Of a stretch of 64,000 nucleotides of DNA, positions 11,107 through 20,944 are shown one piece after another. Origin of the DNA: Promethearchaeota archaeon Loki_b32. Lineage in GTDB: Archaea > Asgardarchaeota > Lokiarchaeia > Sigyniarchaeales > SOKP01. The translations under genes and the position numbers were made by a program. Every line of letters begins with the position of its first letter. Positions within the stretch are counted from its first letter, which is position 1. The notes beneath the pieces are model-generated. The model saw only the letters and a program-made list of their open reading frames with translations. It was not told the DNA's origin and did not search any database. The stretch is from contig NJBH01000002.1 in the NCBI GenBank assembly GCA_005223125.1, forward strand, positions 96,001 through 160,000, written 5' to 3'.

Positions 11107-11246
11107 TTTTCAAGTAAATCTTTCTTATTTTTATTTAACACTTATTTTTAATCCATAAAAGGAATATTTATATTAAAGCTGGCTTGTTCTTTTCATGAGA
11201 AATTACAAATTTATAATTATAAACATAAATTTTATGTTCAAAATAC

Positions 11247-11525
11247 ATGACGATAAAAGTAAAATTATATGGAGATTTAGTTGAAAAAGCACCTCAACTT
11301 AGTAATAACTTTGGTATTCCAAGTAATTTAATTATCGAAACCGATGGGATAAAAACTGTACAGGATATTTTAAACAGATGCTTTATAACAACGGAATAAA
11401 TCAGTCATATCTTTGTAAATGGTAAATACTCCGGACTAGGAAAAGAAGTTAAAAATGGAGATCGCGTTGGAATATTTCCTAAGAGGATGGGATTAATATT
11501 TGTAGAAATTGAATCGCCTTTTTAG
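11247..11525 (+). pseudogene. MoaD/ThiS (ubiquitin-like beta-grasp) gene with an in-frame TAA
   Basis: Manual translation MTIKVKLYGDL...TVQDILNRCFITTE*ISHIFVNGK...VKNGDRVGIFPKRMGL. TAA at 11397-11399 (codon 51). Absent from the ORF track. Confidence 0.8.
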
Positions 11526-11666
11526 AAATATTGACCAGTAAATACCTTTTTTCCTATGAGAAAATCGACAATAAATACAATTAAATATGTAATTCATTAT
11601 GTGTTTGCTTAAGCAGTGTAGAAATAAAAAAAAATAAGGTAAAATTAAGGGATATTATTTTTTAAA

Positions 11667-11933
11667 ATGGCCGATTGCTTCGACAAAATCTTGGAAATAT
11701 GTGAGAATAGTGAGATAAAGAGATACAAGGCTCTAATTAAATTGATGCAGGATCTCGATAAAGAAATATCAAATGCAATACGAGTCAGAAATTGTTTGAT
11801 TTTATTAGTTAATCTATGCTTTAATCCTGATTCACCGGATTATGCCTATAATAAAGGTAAATCATCAGAATCTCTTTCAGCAGAAGAAAGAGTTGAAATG
11901 CTCGAATTATTAAAATGTGAATTTAATAACTAG
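11667..11933 (+). CDS. Small hypothetical protein
   Basis: 88-aa ORF with a plausible start and protein-like composition. Confidence 0.65.
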   Translation: MADCFDKILEICENSEIKRYKALIKLMQDLDKEISNAIRVRNCLILLVNLCFNPDSPDYAYNKGKSSESLSAEERVEMLELLKCEFNN

Positions 11934-11941
11934 TTCTAATA

Positions 11942-14215
11942 TTAAAAAACTTTAAAATCGGTTTCTTTCCACCTTTCATATAGGTTGAAGATATCTTCAA
12001 TTTTTCCCAAAGTCTCTATGAGTACTTTTTGAGTTTTTTTATCATCTTGAAATGTATCGACAATTACATCGTAAATTTCTACATCAAATTCTTGAGCAAG
12101 ATCAGAAATTTTTCTTAAATCTTCTATTTGAATACCTTCTTCCTTTAAATGATTGAAAGCATTTTCTACTACTTTTCTTAATTTGATAGTAGCATTTAAT
12201 GAGTTAGAACATTTATCAAATAGTTCTTGTTCTTTATCGCGTACAATTGACTCCTCTTCTGATAAATCAGGCTTCTCTTCGACAATTTCTAGTCTTTCAT
12301 TTAATAAATATTTCACACGTTCGTAGATTTTAATGGCTTCATCAATTTTACCTAAGCTTTTTATCAAATGATTAGTGCTATTAAGTCTAGCTTCAAGAAT
12401 TTTTAAGTAGGCATCTTCATAATAGGTTTGAATTTCACCGAAGGTACTTTTTTCATATTCGCTGATTCTATAGTAGATCTGTCCCAATTCATTCTTTAAC
12501 TGATTTATTTCCTGAGCAGTTAAATTTTCGTTATTTAGCTGTTTATAAATCTGGTTGGTTTCTTGTCTAATTAATAAAATTCTTAAATACATTATATGGG
12601 CTTTTTTTTCTATATTAGTAATACTCCGAGATACACCCTCTCGCTCACAGAATTTAAAAATCTTTAATGAATCATTAATCAATTTATTGAATTTCTTTTG
12701 ATCCTTTCGAATATAATATTTTGAGTCTTGAAATTTTTGAATAGCTCTATCCATTTGAATTTCTAATTCAAATATATAATCAATTAAACTAATCTGTTTT
12801 CGTTCTGATAAAATTCTCGATTTATAAGTCATATCCTTTTCTACATTTCTACTAGCTAAGAACCATAATAATGCCGCAGGAAGCCAAAAAAATATTGAAA
12901 AAAATATCATGTTAAAAATGCTTCCAAGTAAAGTGATAAGAGTAAAGGATATTAACAATGTTACACCCTTACTTATTTGTTCCGATAGTTTGAAAAAGGA
13001 AGCAGCAGTTCCTTTATGTTCTGGCATATTAACATCAATCATCACGGCATTCCGATTAGCTACAGGGCCAGCTCCCAGCATTGAAGCCATTAACGCAAAA
13101 ATAAAGAAAACAATATATGTAGGATATGCTACAAATATTTGACCAATAGTACGTATAATATATGAAAAAAGGTCTTCTGTAGGAATTGGGCTTGGATAAT
13201 CAATATCTAATATAGTAAGATTAATTGGTCTTAATGAAAGAAGTAATATGATAGCAAAAGGTATTGAAAAAATCAGGCATATAGTCGCCAATCTAGCTCT
13301 ATTTTTTTTATTGCGTCTAAATAATATATCTCCTAAACGGGCAAAAATCGCATTTCCAAGAAGATACCCCACTCCAACCATACCTGCAAATATCGTAGAA
13401 GTTTGCAATCTAATTTCTGCAGGAATCTGATGAAAGTATTGGAGGGTTAACATTGAAGTTGTAAAATAAACTAAAACTGTACCTGGTATAATAGAAAAAA
13501 AACCCTGAACAATTAAATATAGATTTGTCTTTTTCCTTATTATTCCTCCTAAATCTTTTTTAGAAATTCGATAACTGTATTCCAAATCTAATTCGATTAA
13601 TTCTAAAAGTTCATCTTCACCTGCGCCACGCTGAGGAATTTTAACAAAAAACAGAATGAAAATTACTATAATACTTATCCCAGACAAGAGAAGAAACGGA
13701 AACCTCCATGTGAATATAGGTCCAAGAAAAGATGACATTCCTTGACCTACTCCATTGGATATGGAACTTAAAATTGCTAAAGTTCCAAACCAACCAGATC
13801 TTTCTTCAGCGGGGATCGCATCTGAAATTACTGAATATCCAACTGGTAATACACATCCTAAACCAGCTCCGCTTGATACTCTTGAAATTACTAACATAAA
13901 GTATGTTGAAGAAAAAGCAGTTAAAAGCATTCCTAAAGTCCATGAGAATGCTCCTATTATGAGTACTTTCCCTCGATCAACGCGATCTGCCCAATAACCC
14001 CATAATAAAGCAAAAACGGCGCTAATTAGTACAAAAAAAGCATCTGGAATTGCAATTAATGCTTCAGGGATATTAAACTCTTGCTGTATCGCCGCATAAC
14101 TAGGAATGAGCATATTAGCACATGCAGTCGATACAAAAAGTAATAGCATGACTAATATAATTGGTGCCAGATCTTTGAATTTCACCGTAGTTAGTTGAAA
14201 GCGTCCAATAAGCAA
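11942..14215 (-). CDS. MFS transporter with a large C-terminal soluble helical domain
   Basis: MFS motif A GYWADRVDRGK, 12-TM pattern, then about 290 hydrophilic residues. Confidence 0.88.
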   Translation of the reverse strand: MLIGRFQLTTVKFKDLAPIILVMLLLFVSTACANMLIPSYAAIQQEFNIPEALIAIPDAFFVLISAVFALLWGYWADRVDRGKVLIIGAFSWTLGMLLTAFSSTYFMLVISRVSSGAGLGCVLPVGYSVISDAIPAEERSGWFGTLAILSSISNGVGQGMSSFLGPIFTWRFPFLLLSGISIIVIFILFFVKIPQRGAGEDELLELIELDLEYSYRISKKDLGGIIRKKTNLYLIVQGFFSIIPGTVLVYFTTSMLTLQYFHQIPAEIRLQTSTIFAGMVGVGYLLGNAIFARLGDILFRRNKKNRARLATICLIFSIPFAIILLLSLRPINLTILDIDYPSPIPTEDLFSYIIRTIGQIFVAYPTYIVFFIFALMASMLGAGPVANRNAVMIDVNMPEHKGTAASFFKLSEQISKGVTLLISFTLITLLGSIFNMIFFSIFFWLPAALLWFLASRNVEKDMTYKSRILSERKQISLIDYIFELEIQMDRAIQKFQDSKYYIRKDQKKFNKLINDSLKIFKFCEREGVSRSITNIEKKAHIMYLRILLIRQETNQIYKQLNNENLTAQEINQLKNELGQIYYRISEYEKSTFGEIQTYYEDAYLKILEARLNSTNHLIKSLGKIDEAIKIYERVKYLLNERLEIVEEKPDLSEEESIVRDKEQELFDKCSNSLNATIKLRKVVENAFNHLKEEGIQIEDLRKISDLAQEFDVEIYDVIVDTFQDDKKTQKVLIETLGKIEDIFNLYERWKETDFKVF

Positions 14216-14275
14216 CTACCATTTGAATGTAATTATAATAAATAGCATTTGAGTCTTAAAAAAATTTACAATGAT

Positions 14276-14983
14276 TTATTTCAATGACAAGTAATAATCC
14301 AGTGTCGCGTCAACATGGATTTGTAAAGTATCAAATAATTTAATTTTAGTATCATTTTGATTTAAAATTAACGGTAGCTCAGTGCATCCTAAAATAACTC
14401 CATCTACTTCATAATTATTTATAATTTGAAGTAAGTTTTTCTTAGATTCTTGCTTAAAAAAACCAATTACTAGTTCATCAAAAATGATTTTATCTATAAT
14501 ATCTTGTTCTTCATTGGAAGGAGTTATAGCCTCTATACCTTGTTCTTTGCAATGTTCTTGATAAAAAGTAGATTGCATTGTGAATTTTATACCTAAAAGT
14601 AATAATTTTTTCATTTTTTCTTGTTGTGCTTTCTCTGCTGTGGCTTTTACAATACTTAAAATTGGAACTTTTGCTAATTTATCCAGATCTTCATATACGG
14701 CATGTGGTGAGTTTGCTGCCATTACAATAAATGATACTCCCCCATTTTCTAAAGATTTTATACCACTCATTAAATATTCTATATACTTTGCTTTATTATT
14801 TCCGAGTTCATAATCAGTAAGTTTCTGAAAATTCAAACTAAAAATTAATAACTCGGGATAATTATAATCATTAAACTTCTCATAATACTTCTCGAGTATT
14901 AAATCATAATATTTAATAGTTGATTCATAGGACATCCCTCCTAAAATGCCAATCCTATTCACTTTTTTTAAACCTCCTATCAA
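14276..14983 (-). CDS. Aspartate/glutamate racemase family protein
   Basis: IGILGGMSYEST, AANSPH, VILGCTELP. Confidence 0.92.
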   Translation of the reverse strand: MIGGLKKVNRIGILGGMSYESTIKYYDLILEKYYEKFNDYNYPELLIFSLNFQKLTDYELGNNKAKYIEYLMSGIKSLENGGVSFIVMAANSPHAVYEDLDKLAKVPILSIVKATAEKAQQEKMKKLLLLGIKFTMQSTFYQEHCKEQGIEAITPSNEEQDIIDKIIFDELVIGFFKQESKKNLLQIINNYEVDGVILGCTELPLILNQNDTKIKLFDTLQIHVDATLDYYLSLK

Positions 14984-14998
14984 GTTTAAAGTCGATAA

Positions 14999-15547
14999 CT
15001 AATAATAAATTCTATCTGTAAAAACTTTTCCTTTCTCTGAAATCTCTATTCCTTCCATTTCTAATAGGGCACGTTTCATTTTAATACCACCTTGATATCC
15101 TCCGAGATTACCATCTGTTTTGATTGCCCGATGACAAGGAATAATAATGGGAAATGGATTTTTGGCCAAGCAGTTTCCAACTACTCTCGCTCCATTATTT
15201 ACCCCTATTTGATTTGCAATTCTTTTGTAGGTACTTACCCACCCTCTTGGTACCCGAAATTCTGCCAAGAGTACCTTTTCTTGAATTTCAGAACATTTTG
15301 TAAAATCAACTAATTCCAATTCAAAATCTACCTCTTCGCCTTTTAAAAATCCTTGGATTTTCTCACAAAGCGCTGTAATTAAATGAGATGTTCCTAATTC
15401 AATTCTTTTGAAAGATCCTTGAGCTTTCTCTTCTGATTTTTGCTCAGGATCGCTAAGAAATATACGTTGTAGTTTTAAATCAGAACTCGTCTCCTTCCAT
15501 ACAATAGTGAACGTATCAAATGGAGAAGAAAAAGTACTATACTCCAT
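14999..15547 (-). CDS. ogt: Methylated-DNA-protein-cysteine methyltransferase
   Basis: ARVVG..LAKNPFPIIIPCHRAI active-site motif. Confidence 0.95.
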   Translation of the reverse strand: MEYSTFSSPFDTFTIVWKETSSDLKLQRIFLSDPEQKSEEKAQGSFKRIELGTSHLITALCEKIQGFLKGEEVDFELELVDFTKCSEIQEKVLLAEFRVPRGWVSTYKRIANQIGVNNGARVVGNCLAKNPFPIIIPCHRAIKTDGNLGGYQGGIKMKRALLEMEGIEISEKGKVFTDRIYY

Positions 15548-15596
15548 GCTTTATAACCATAATCAATAAAATTTAAAATTTTTTTATAAAATTTAT

Positions 15597-15618
15597 TCGT
15601 GAAATCATCGTTTCACGA
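15597..15618. promoter_or_regulatory. Perfect 8-6-8 inverted repeat (operator or recombinase core site)
   Basis: TCGTGAAA-TCATCG-TTTCACGA, about 50 bp upstream of ogt at the island's left edge. Confidence 0.4.
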
Positions 15619-15679
15619 TCTTTTATAATATATTAATCTCAATATCATTCTAATAATATTAGAGAGATATATTCGAGAA

Positions 15680-16051
15680 TTAATCAATTTCATAAACTTT
15701 TCCTGATTTGATTAACTTACATAAAAATGGGATATCATTATCCGGATTTCCTGTCATCTTACTTGAGATTGCTTTTAACTTTTTTCTCGGATGAAAATGG
15801 TGAGGCCGTGTGATAACATCCCATTTATCATCATAGTTATCATATCGACAACGATCTAATTCAAATTTCGAAAAAATAATGCTATAACTATATTCTCCAT
15901 AATTGTTATATCTAATAAATATTTGGACGTTATCCCTCAGTATAACATGAATTCTTGCTAGTTTGGGTTCAAAATTAATAGTTTTTAAGAGAATAGATAA
16001 GTGTTGATGAAGGAGTAATTTTGCTTTATCTAGTAGCTTTAAGCCTAGCAT
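15680..16051 (-). CDS. DUF6516/TumE-like putative toxin
   Basis: YSYS...RYDN......TRPHHFH motif, directly downstream of a small partner gene. Confidence 0.7.
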   Translation of the reverse strand: MLGLKLLDKAKLLLHQHLSILLKTINFEPKLARIHVILRDNVQIFIRYNNYGEYSYSIIFSKFELDRCRYDNYDDKWDVITRPHHFHPRKKLKAISSKMTGNPDNDIPFLCKLIKSGKVYEID

Positions 16052-16067
16052 TAAAGATCATTTAAAT

Positions 16068-16310
16068 TTATTGATCATTCCATTCTTTTTTCAATAAAAA
16101 TAATTCTTCTCTTTGATCTAACAAATGTCTTAAAGTGATAGCATCGTCTTCTGCTTCCTCAATAGTTCCATCTTTTGCATCTTTAAGGAATTTAGAAGGC
16201 TCTTCATAATCCCATTTACTTAATATTTTATCAATTTCCTCATATAAGAACTTTAGTTTCAAATCTACTAACTCTTCTAATAATTCCTTTTCTACACGAA
16301 TACTAGTCAT
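16068..16310 (-). CDS. Putative antitoxin partner of the DUF6516-like gene
   Basis: 80-aa acidic helical protein (FLKDAKDGTIEEAEDD) 16 bp upstream of the toxin gene. Confidence 0.6.
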   Translation of the reverse strand: MTSIRVEKELLEELVDLKLKFLYEEIDKILSKWDYEEPSKFLKDAKDGTIEEAEDDAITLRHLLDQREELFLLKKEWNDQ

Positions 16311-16396
16311 TTGCTCAACACCATCCTCTAGAAAACCTACTAAATATAAAAATCTTTATTTTTTATTGAAATTTGCTTGTCTTTAAATTTTTTCTG

Positions 16397-16513
16397 CTAC
16401 ACATATATGACCTCTTCAAGGATATATTGTTTCAATTCCTCTTTTAAGCTAGATTTTGATACTATATCAACTTTTTTAGTTTTTTTGAGAATCTCTTCTT
16501 TATAATTTACCAT
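16397..16513 (-). pseudogene. Internally deleted minimal nucleotidyltransferase (MNT antitoxin) remnant
   Basis: MVNYKEEILKK-TKKVDIVSKSSLKEELKQYILEEVIYV*: MNT-like N- and C-termini without the GS..DxD core. Confidence 0.6.
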
Positions 16514-16649
16514 TTTTCTGACATTTTTTATACGATATTTTAATCTGGAGATATATTTTTTGGATGAAATGAAATTGGATTTTAGGAGAGTTAAGCTAAA
16601 TTGGATAAAAGGCGATTAATATATCTGATGTAAAAGATAAATGTCGAAA

Positions 16650-16796
16650 TTATTCCTCAATGATAAAATCAGGCTGATAAATCTCATCATCTTCACTATC
16701 ATCTGGATCTTTCATGAATTTTAATAGGGCTTCAACAATTTTGTCTGGTCTCTTACCCTTTCCTGCTAACGCTTCAACTTTTTTACGATTCTTTAA
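16650..16796 (-). pseudogene. 3' fragment of an unknown gene
   Basis: Open frame LKNRKKVEALAGKGKRPDKIVEALLKFMKDPDDSEDDEIYQPDFIIEE* with no 5' start, abutting the integrase fragment. Confidence 0.5.
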
Positions 16797-17160
16797 TTAC
16801 ATCCCAAAAAGCTTGGTCAAGTTTTTAGAGATTTTTCTTGAAGAAAGAAAATTAAAGAATGTAAAGACTAAAGCTTTATTTCTTTTCACACATTTAAAAA
16901 GATACAATGAAAGAGTGTTTAACGTATATTTAAAGAAAGTATTGAATGATTTGATTATTGAAAAAAATATCACCTGTCACACATTTAGAAGAACTTTAAA
17001 TACACTTAGAAAAGTTATGGGATGCCCTAATGAAGACCGAAAAATACTATTGAACCATAAAGTTCAAGATGTGAATGTAGAATCCTATGTAAAGATGAAT
17101 TATAAACAATATATCGAACTATATGATAAATGGTATCCTTATTATGAAGTAGTTCTTTAA
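16714..17160 (+). pseudogene. Tyrosine recombinase/integrase, C-terminal fragment
   Basis: TCHTFRRT (HxxR), LLNH and ESY (catalytic Tyr) present. First catalytic Arg and N-terminal domain are missing; integrase-like sequence starts near 16797. Confidence 0.85.
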
Positions 17161-17243
17161 ATTTTTCTTCATAAAAAGTCAATTTAATAAAAAAACCACA
17201 TAAAATGCTAAAAAACTCATACGATTAATCCTAATTTTACCAA

Positions 17244-17429
17244 TTACTTATTAATATTTTCTTTCAATTCTAATTTTACTTTTCTTATTCTTTTATTGGT
17301 TTCAAAAAGAGTTTTTTCATAATTTTCATAAGATTTAATTAATGTTTTAATCAAATCTTCTCTATCTTTGTTAGTTAATTCCAAATTTTCATTTTTTCTT
17401 AATTTCTTAAAATTAAATGAATCACTCAT
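17244..17429 (-). CDS. Small coiled-coil hypothetical protein (mobile-element remnant)
   Basis: 61 aa; ATGA-coupled to an upstream 38-codon ORF (17426-17542, MEIKNKINNVLKSY...). Confidence 0.5.
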   Translation of the reverse strand: MSDSFNFKKLRKNENLELTNKDREDLIKTLIKSYENYEKTLFETNKRIRKVKLELKENINK

Positions 17430-17780
17430 ATGAAAGGTTTCTCACCATTATTATTGTTTGAATTTTTATTATTTGTAAAAACCTCTTTGAGAGCTCGAGA
17501 GTAAGATTTAAGCACATTATTTATTTTATTCTTTATCTCCATTTTTATTTTAATAATAATTAACCTTTCTTAATTAAAAGACCTTTGTATTAATGTATTA
17601 TGCGTATCAAATGTTTCAATTGAAACTTTTTACAGAATATTTAATTAAAACTTATAGATATAAATTATCTTAATTTATGATAAATTATCATATGATATAT
17701 AAATAAATTATAATTATAATTTACTTTTTCTTAGGTTTAAATTATAATAATCTTAGAAAAGTGCGTAATCAAATCAAAAT

Positions 17781-17847
17781 ATAGTTATATTTTATGCAAA
17801 AAATGACTATATTTTAGTTCAAATATGACTATATCTTACATAGTTAT
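17781..17847. repeat. Imperfect direct repeats at 22-bp spacing next to an AT-rich tract
   Basis: ATAGTTATATTTTA at 17781, ATGACTATATTTTA at 17803, ATGACTATATCTTA at 17825. Confidence 0.45.
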
Positions 17848-17891
17848 TAAAATAATTTCAAAAGTATATTACAATATTTTTAATATTTAAA

Positions 17892-18464
17892 ATGATTTTT
17901 CTATGTGATATAAAATTGAAAAATTATAGAAATCTAGAGCTTAACCTTGAATTATTCCAAAAAGAATTTAGGAAAAGAAATAATACTTATGAGAGGATTG
18001 TTGAATGGAAGAAGATTGCTGAAGAAGAATCAAATGAAATAAAGAAATTCATTTTTAGATGGATATCATTCAATGGATTATATACAGCATCATATGCAAT
18101 GGATCATAGTCAAGAAGAAGCTGAGAGAGAAAATGAAATCAGATTAATTGAATCATTTTGTTATAAATTTATATTGACTAATAAAAATCTTGCGTCTAAA
18201 ATTTATTCTAAAGAGTTGAAAGAAGTATTCGAAAATAATATCAAAGAAAAATCTAGGAGCATGGGGAGATATTTAGAACATCTAAAATGTAACGAAAGTG
18301 TAGAAGTAAAAGCCAAGAATATGATATTGATTGCTTATAAAATTAGATGCAGGCTTTTTCACGGGGAAAAGAATCCTCTCTTAGAGGTAAATCAAGCAGT
18401 AATTAAAGCAGCAAATCAAGTTATTGCTCCGATATTGAATCATATTGCTAAAGAGAACAAGTAA
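17892..18464 (+). CDS. HEPN-domain putative RNase (ApeA-like)
   Basis: FRWISFNGLY and YKIRCRLFHG (Rx4H). Confidence 0.75.
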   Translation: MIFLCDIKLKNYRNLELNLELFQKEFRKRNNTYERIVEWKKIAEEESNEIKKFIFRWISFNGLYTASYAMDHSQEEAERENEIRLIESFCYKFILTNKNLASKIYSKELKEVFENNIKEKSRSMGRYLEHLKCNESVEVKAKNMILIAYKIRCRLFHGEKNPLLEVNQAVIKAANQVIAPILNHIAKENK

Positions 18465-19161
18465 TTTATTCTTCATTATTAAAGAAATTTTTAAAAGTTC
18501 TTTTACGTTTTAATTCTTCACGTTCTTTCTCAAAATTTGAACTTTATCACTATAAATTTGATTTATATTAAGCAATTTATAAATCATGTCTATATTTTAA
18601 AATAATTTATTATAAAATATTACTAATTATAAAACTAAATTATAAATGAGAGATGTAAATCTTTTTTTACATGTCTTTGATTAATTTTAGACATCAGATT
18701 ATAATTTAGGTAATAATACCTATTATCTTCTTTTACTACATTAATTTTTTTATTTTATTACCAAAAATAGTGATAATATAATATGTAGATAATACTCCAA
18801 AAAGCATATACAAAGTATATACAATTAATTATTCTATCATCTATAGGTATCTTAGAAAACAAAAATAGTAATTTAAAAAAGGATTAAAAAAAGAAAACAT
18901 CCGAAAAAGCTGAAGAATTATTTACTAACTTAAAGCACGATTATGTGATTCCGCAATTTCTAAACTGTTCCCAATTAATTGAATTATAAAAACTTTGAGT
19001 AGGTATATAAAACCCCATAATATCAACTTTACTTGGATATTTAACATGTTTATTTATCCAATATAATCCATTATATACATTTTTTTATAGACTTACAAAT
19101 CTTCCCAATAAATGATAATAAAAATCCATGATTATAGTGGAATTATATAATACTATTTATT

Positions 19162-19509
19162 TCATTTATCTTTGTTTTTAGTTAAACAGGCAAACAAATA
19201 AAGGAATTTTTCAGATGTAGGAACTACGTTAATATTTTTATCTTTTACTAATCCCTTAGCATATTCAAAATCCTTCTCTTTAACGACTAAGGTAGGATTT
19301 TCACACAGACCAATATCTTTGGCTTCTTCTAATTTGTCCATTGAATATGTAATTCTGCTTTTAGTGAATTCAACTTCTGCGCATGTGTTTTCCAATTCAT
19401 TTTGGCAGTCCAATCTTCTATTACTTTCTAAGACTTTCTCCGTTTTATTTTTGGAGCCACACCCACAGGCAATACTTTTCCAGACTTTATGTTCAGGACC
19501 TTCAGGCAT
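19162..19509 (-). CDS. Small Cys-rich PD-(D/E)XK-like nuclease
   Basis: GPEHKVWK...RRLDC.....CAEVE pattern. Confidence 0.5.
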   Translation of the reverse strand: MPEGPEHKVWKSIACGCGSKNKTEKVLESNRRLDCQNELENTCAEVEFTKSRITYSMDKLEEAKDIGLCENPTLVVKEKDFEYAKGLVKDKNINVVPTSEKFLYLFACLTKNKDK

Positions 19510-19765
19510 TAATCATCATAAATTATACTCTTTTTCTAATATAAATAATTTCTGTTATCATTTGTTATTCTTCCTTTTATAAAATTTCTATTATAATATC
19601 AAAATTAAGTCTAAACCAAAATTATGCAGAATACGAAATAAGTTAAAATCTATTTGGTCACCTTTTTTGTTAGTGCAAAATAAAAGATCTTGAAAATCTA
19701 TCTCTGAAGTCTAAAATCATTAATTTACATACACATTTTTAATTTTAAAATTCAATAGTAACTAT

Positions 19766-20899
19766 ATGAAAAAGATAGAGAACCTAATAAAGACAATTCA
19801 AAACCATATTGAACAAAAATCATTTAGTAAAGAAATAAGACAACAGATTTTAAAAGAATCCAATGATATCGTTGAAGAAATATATCAAAATTTATTCACA
19901 AAGAAAGAAATTCTATTAAATGATTTGAATTTTCTTAATCTTAACGAATATAAAATATTTGATTTAGATGGCAATTTTGTTAATGATTATTCCCGAGATT
20001 TTTATCATTTCAAATGTTTTTTAAACGCATTACTATATGATTACGAACTCAAAGTTTTTATTGAAAATTATAAAAATTCAAAATTAATCGATTCAACTCT
20101 TTTAAAATGTTATGAAGCAATAATAAGGTTATTTAACTGCTATTTTTATTTTTGGAGTTGCGAAAGACATTATGTACATAGAAGTGAAATCGAAAAAATA
20201 TTAACATTATTAGAAAATTATGAAGTTCTATTAATCAAAGAATTTGATGTTAAATTCACAGTTAATAAAAAAACAAGATATAATTTAGAAGATAAACCAG
20301 ATGAATATCTTATCAGTTTTGATGAACTTCAAATAGCTATTCATATGAGTGGTGATATTGCAGGTCATATATATACAGGATTATATGACCATACCCCTAT
20401 ATTTGAGTTTTTAAAGTCTATTAAAAAGGAATTAAATATAGGACTTACTCAATTTATTCAAGAGCTCTTTTGGAGACCATCAAAGGATAAAAGTGATACA
20501 TCATTGTTTTCAGAGTTAAGTCACTCTGATCTTCTTGATTTAATTGTTAGAAAGCTTCGAAATCTAAATTTAAAAAACATTCATAATTTTCGTGATGAGG
20601 CTAGTACTGACTTAATCTTAAATGAAAAAGGATATAAAATTGGAATTCAAGTAGAAGTAAATAATGATATTAAAGAAACCACAAAAAAACATACATTTAC
20701 TAAATCAATCAAATCTCAGATTCAAGACGCTCGAAGAATTCCTGGATTGGATAAATATATTATTCTTTTATGTATCGATTTAAATATAAAAAGTTATAAT
20801 ACCAAATTGCGAATAACCTTTTCCCAACTTGAACAGATGAATGATAATTTCTTTACATACATTACTCCTGAAAATTTAGTTGAATTTTTTTCTGATTAA
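19766..20899 (+). CDS. Hypothetical protein with C-terminal restriction-endonuclease-like domain
   Basis: DEASTDLIL..GYKIGIQVE (QxK-type motif with K replaced by E). Confidence 0.55.
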   Translation: MKKIENLIKTIQNHIEQKSFSKEIRQQILKESNDIVEEIYQNLFTKKEILLNDLNFLNLNEYKIFDLDGNFVNDYSRDFYHFKCFLNALLYDYELKVFIENYKNSKLIDSTLLKCYEAIIRLFNCYFYFWSCERHYVHRSEIEKILTLLENYEVLLIKEFDVKFTVNKKTRYNLEDKPDEYLISFDELQIAIHMSGDIAGHIYTGLYDHTPIFEFLKSIKKELNIGLTQFIQELFWRPSKDKSDTSLFSELSHSDLLDLIVRKLRNLNLKNIHNFRDEASTDLILNEKGYKIGIQVEVNNDIKETTKKHTFTKSIKSQIQDARRIPGLDKYIILLCIDLNIKSYNTKLRITFSQLEQMNDNFFTYITPENLVEFFSD

Positions 20900-20944
20900 A
20901 TCTCACTTCCATTTTGATATATCAGATTTGTCTCGCAGGAGTTT

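Noticed and set aside
18470-19150. Degraded coding-like fragments
   Set aside because: Multiple stops and no recognisable family.
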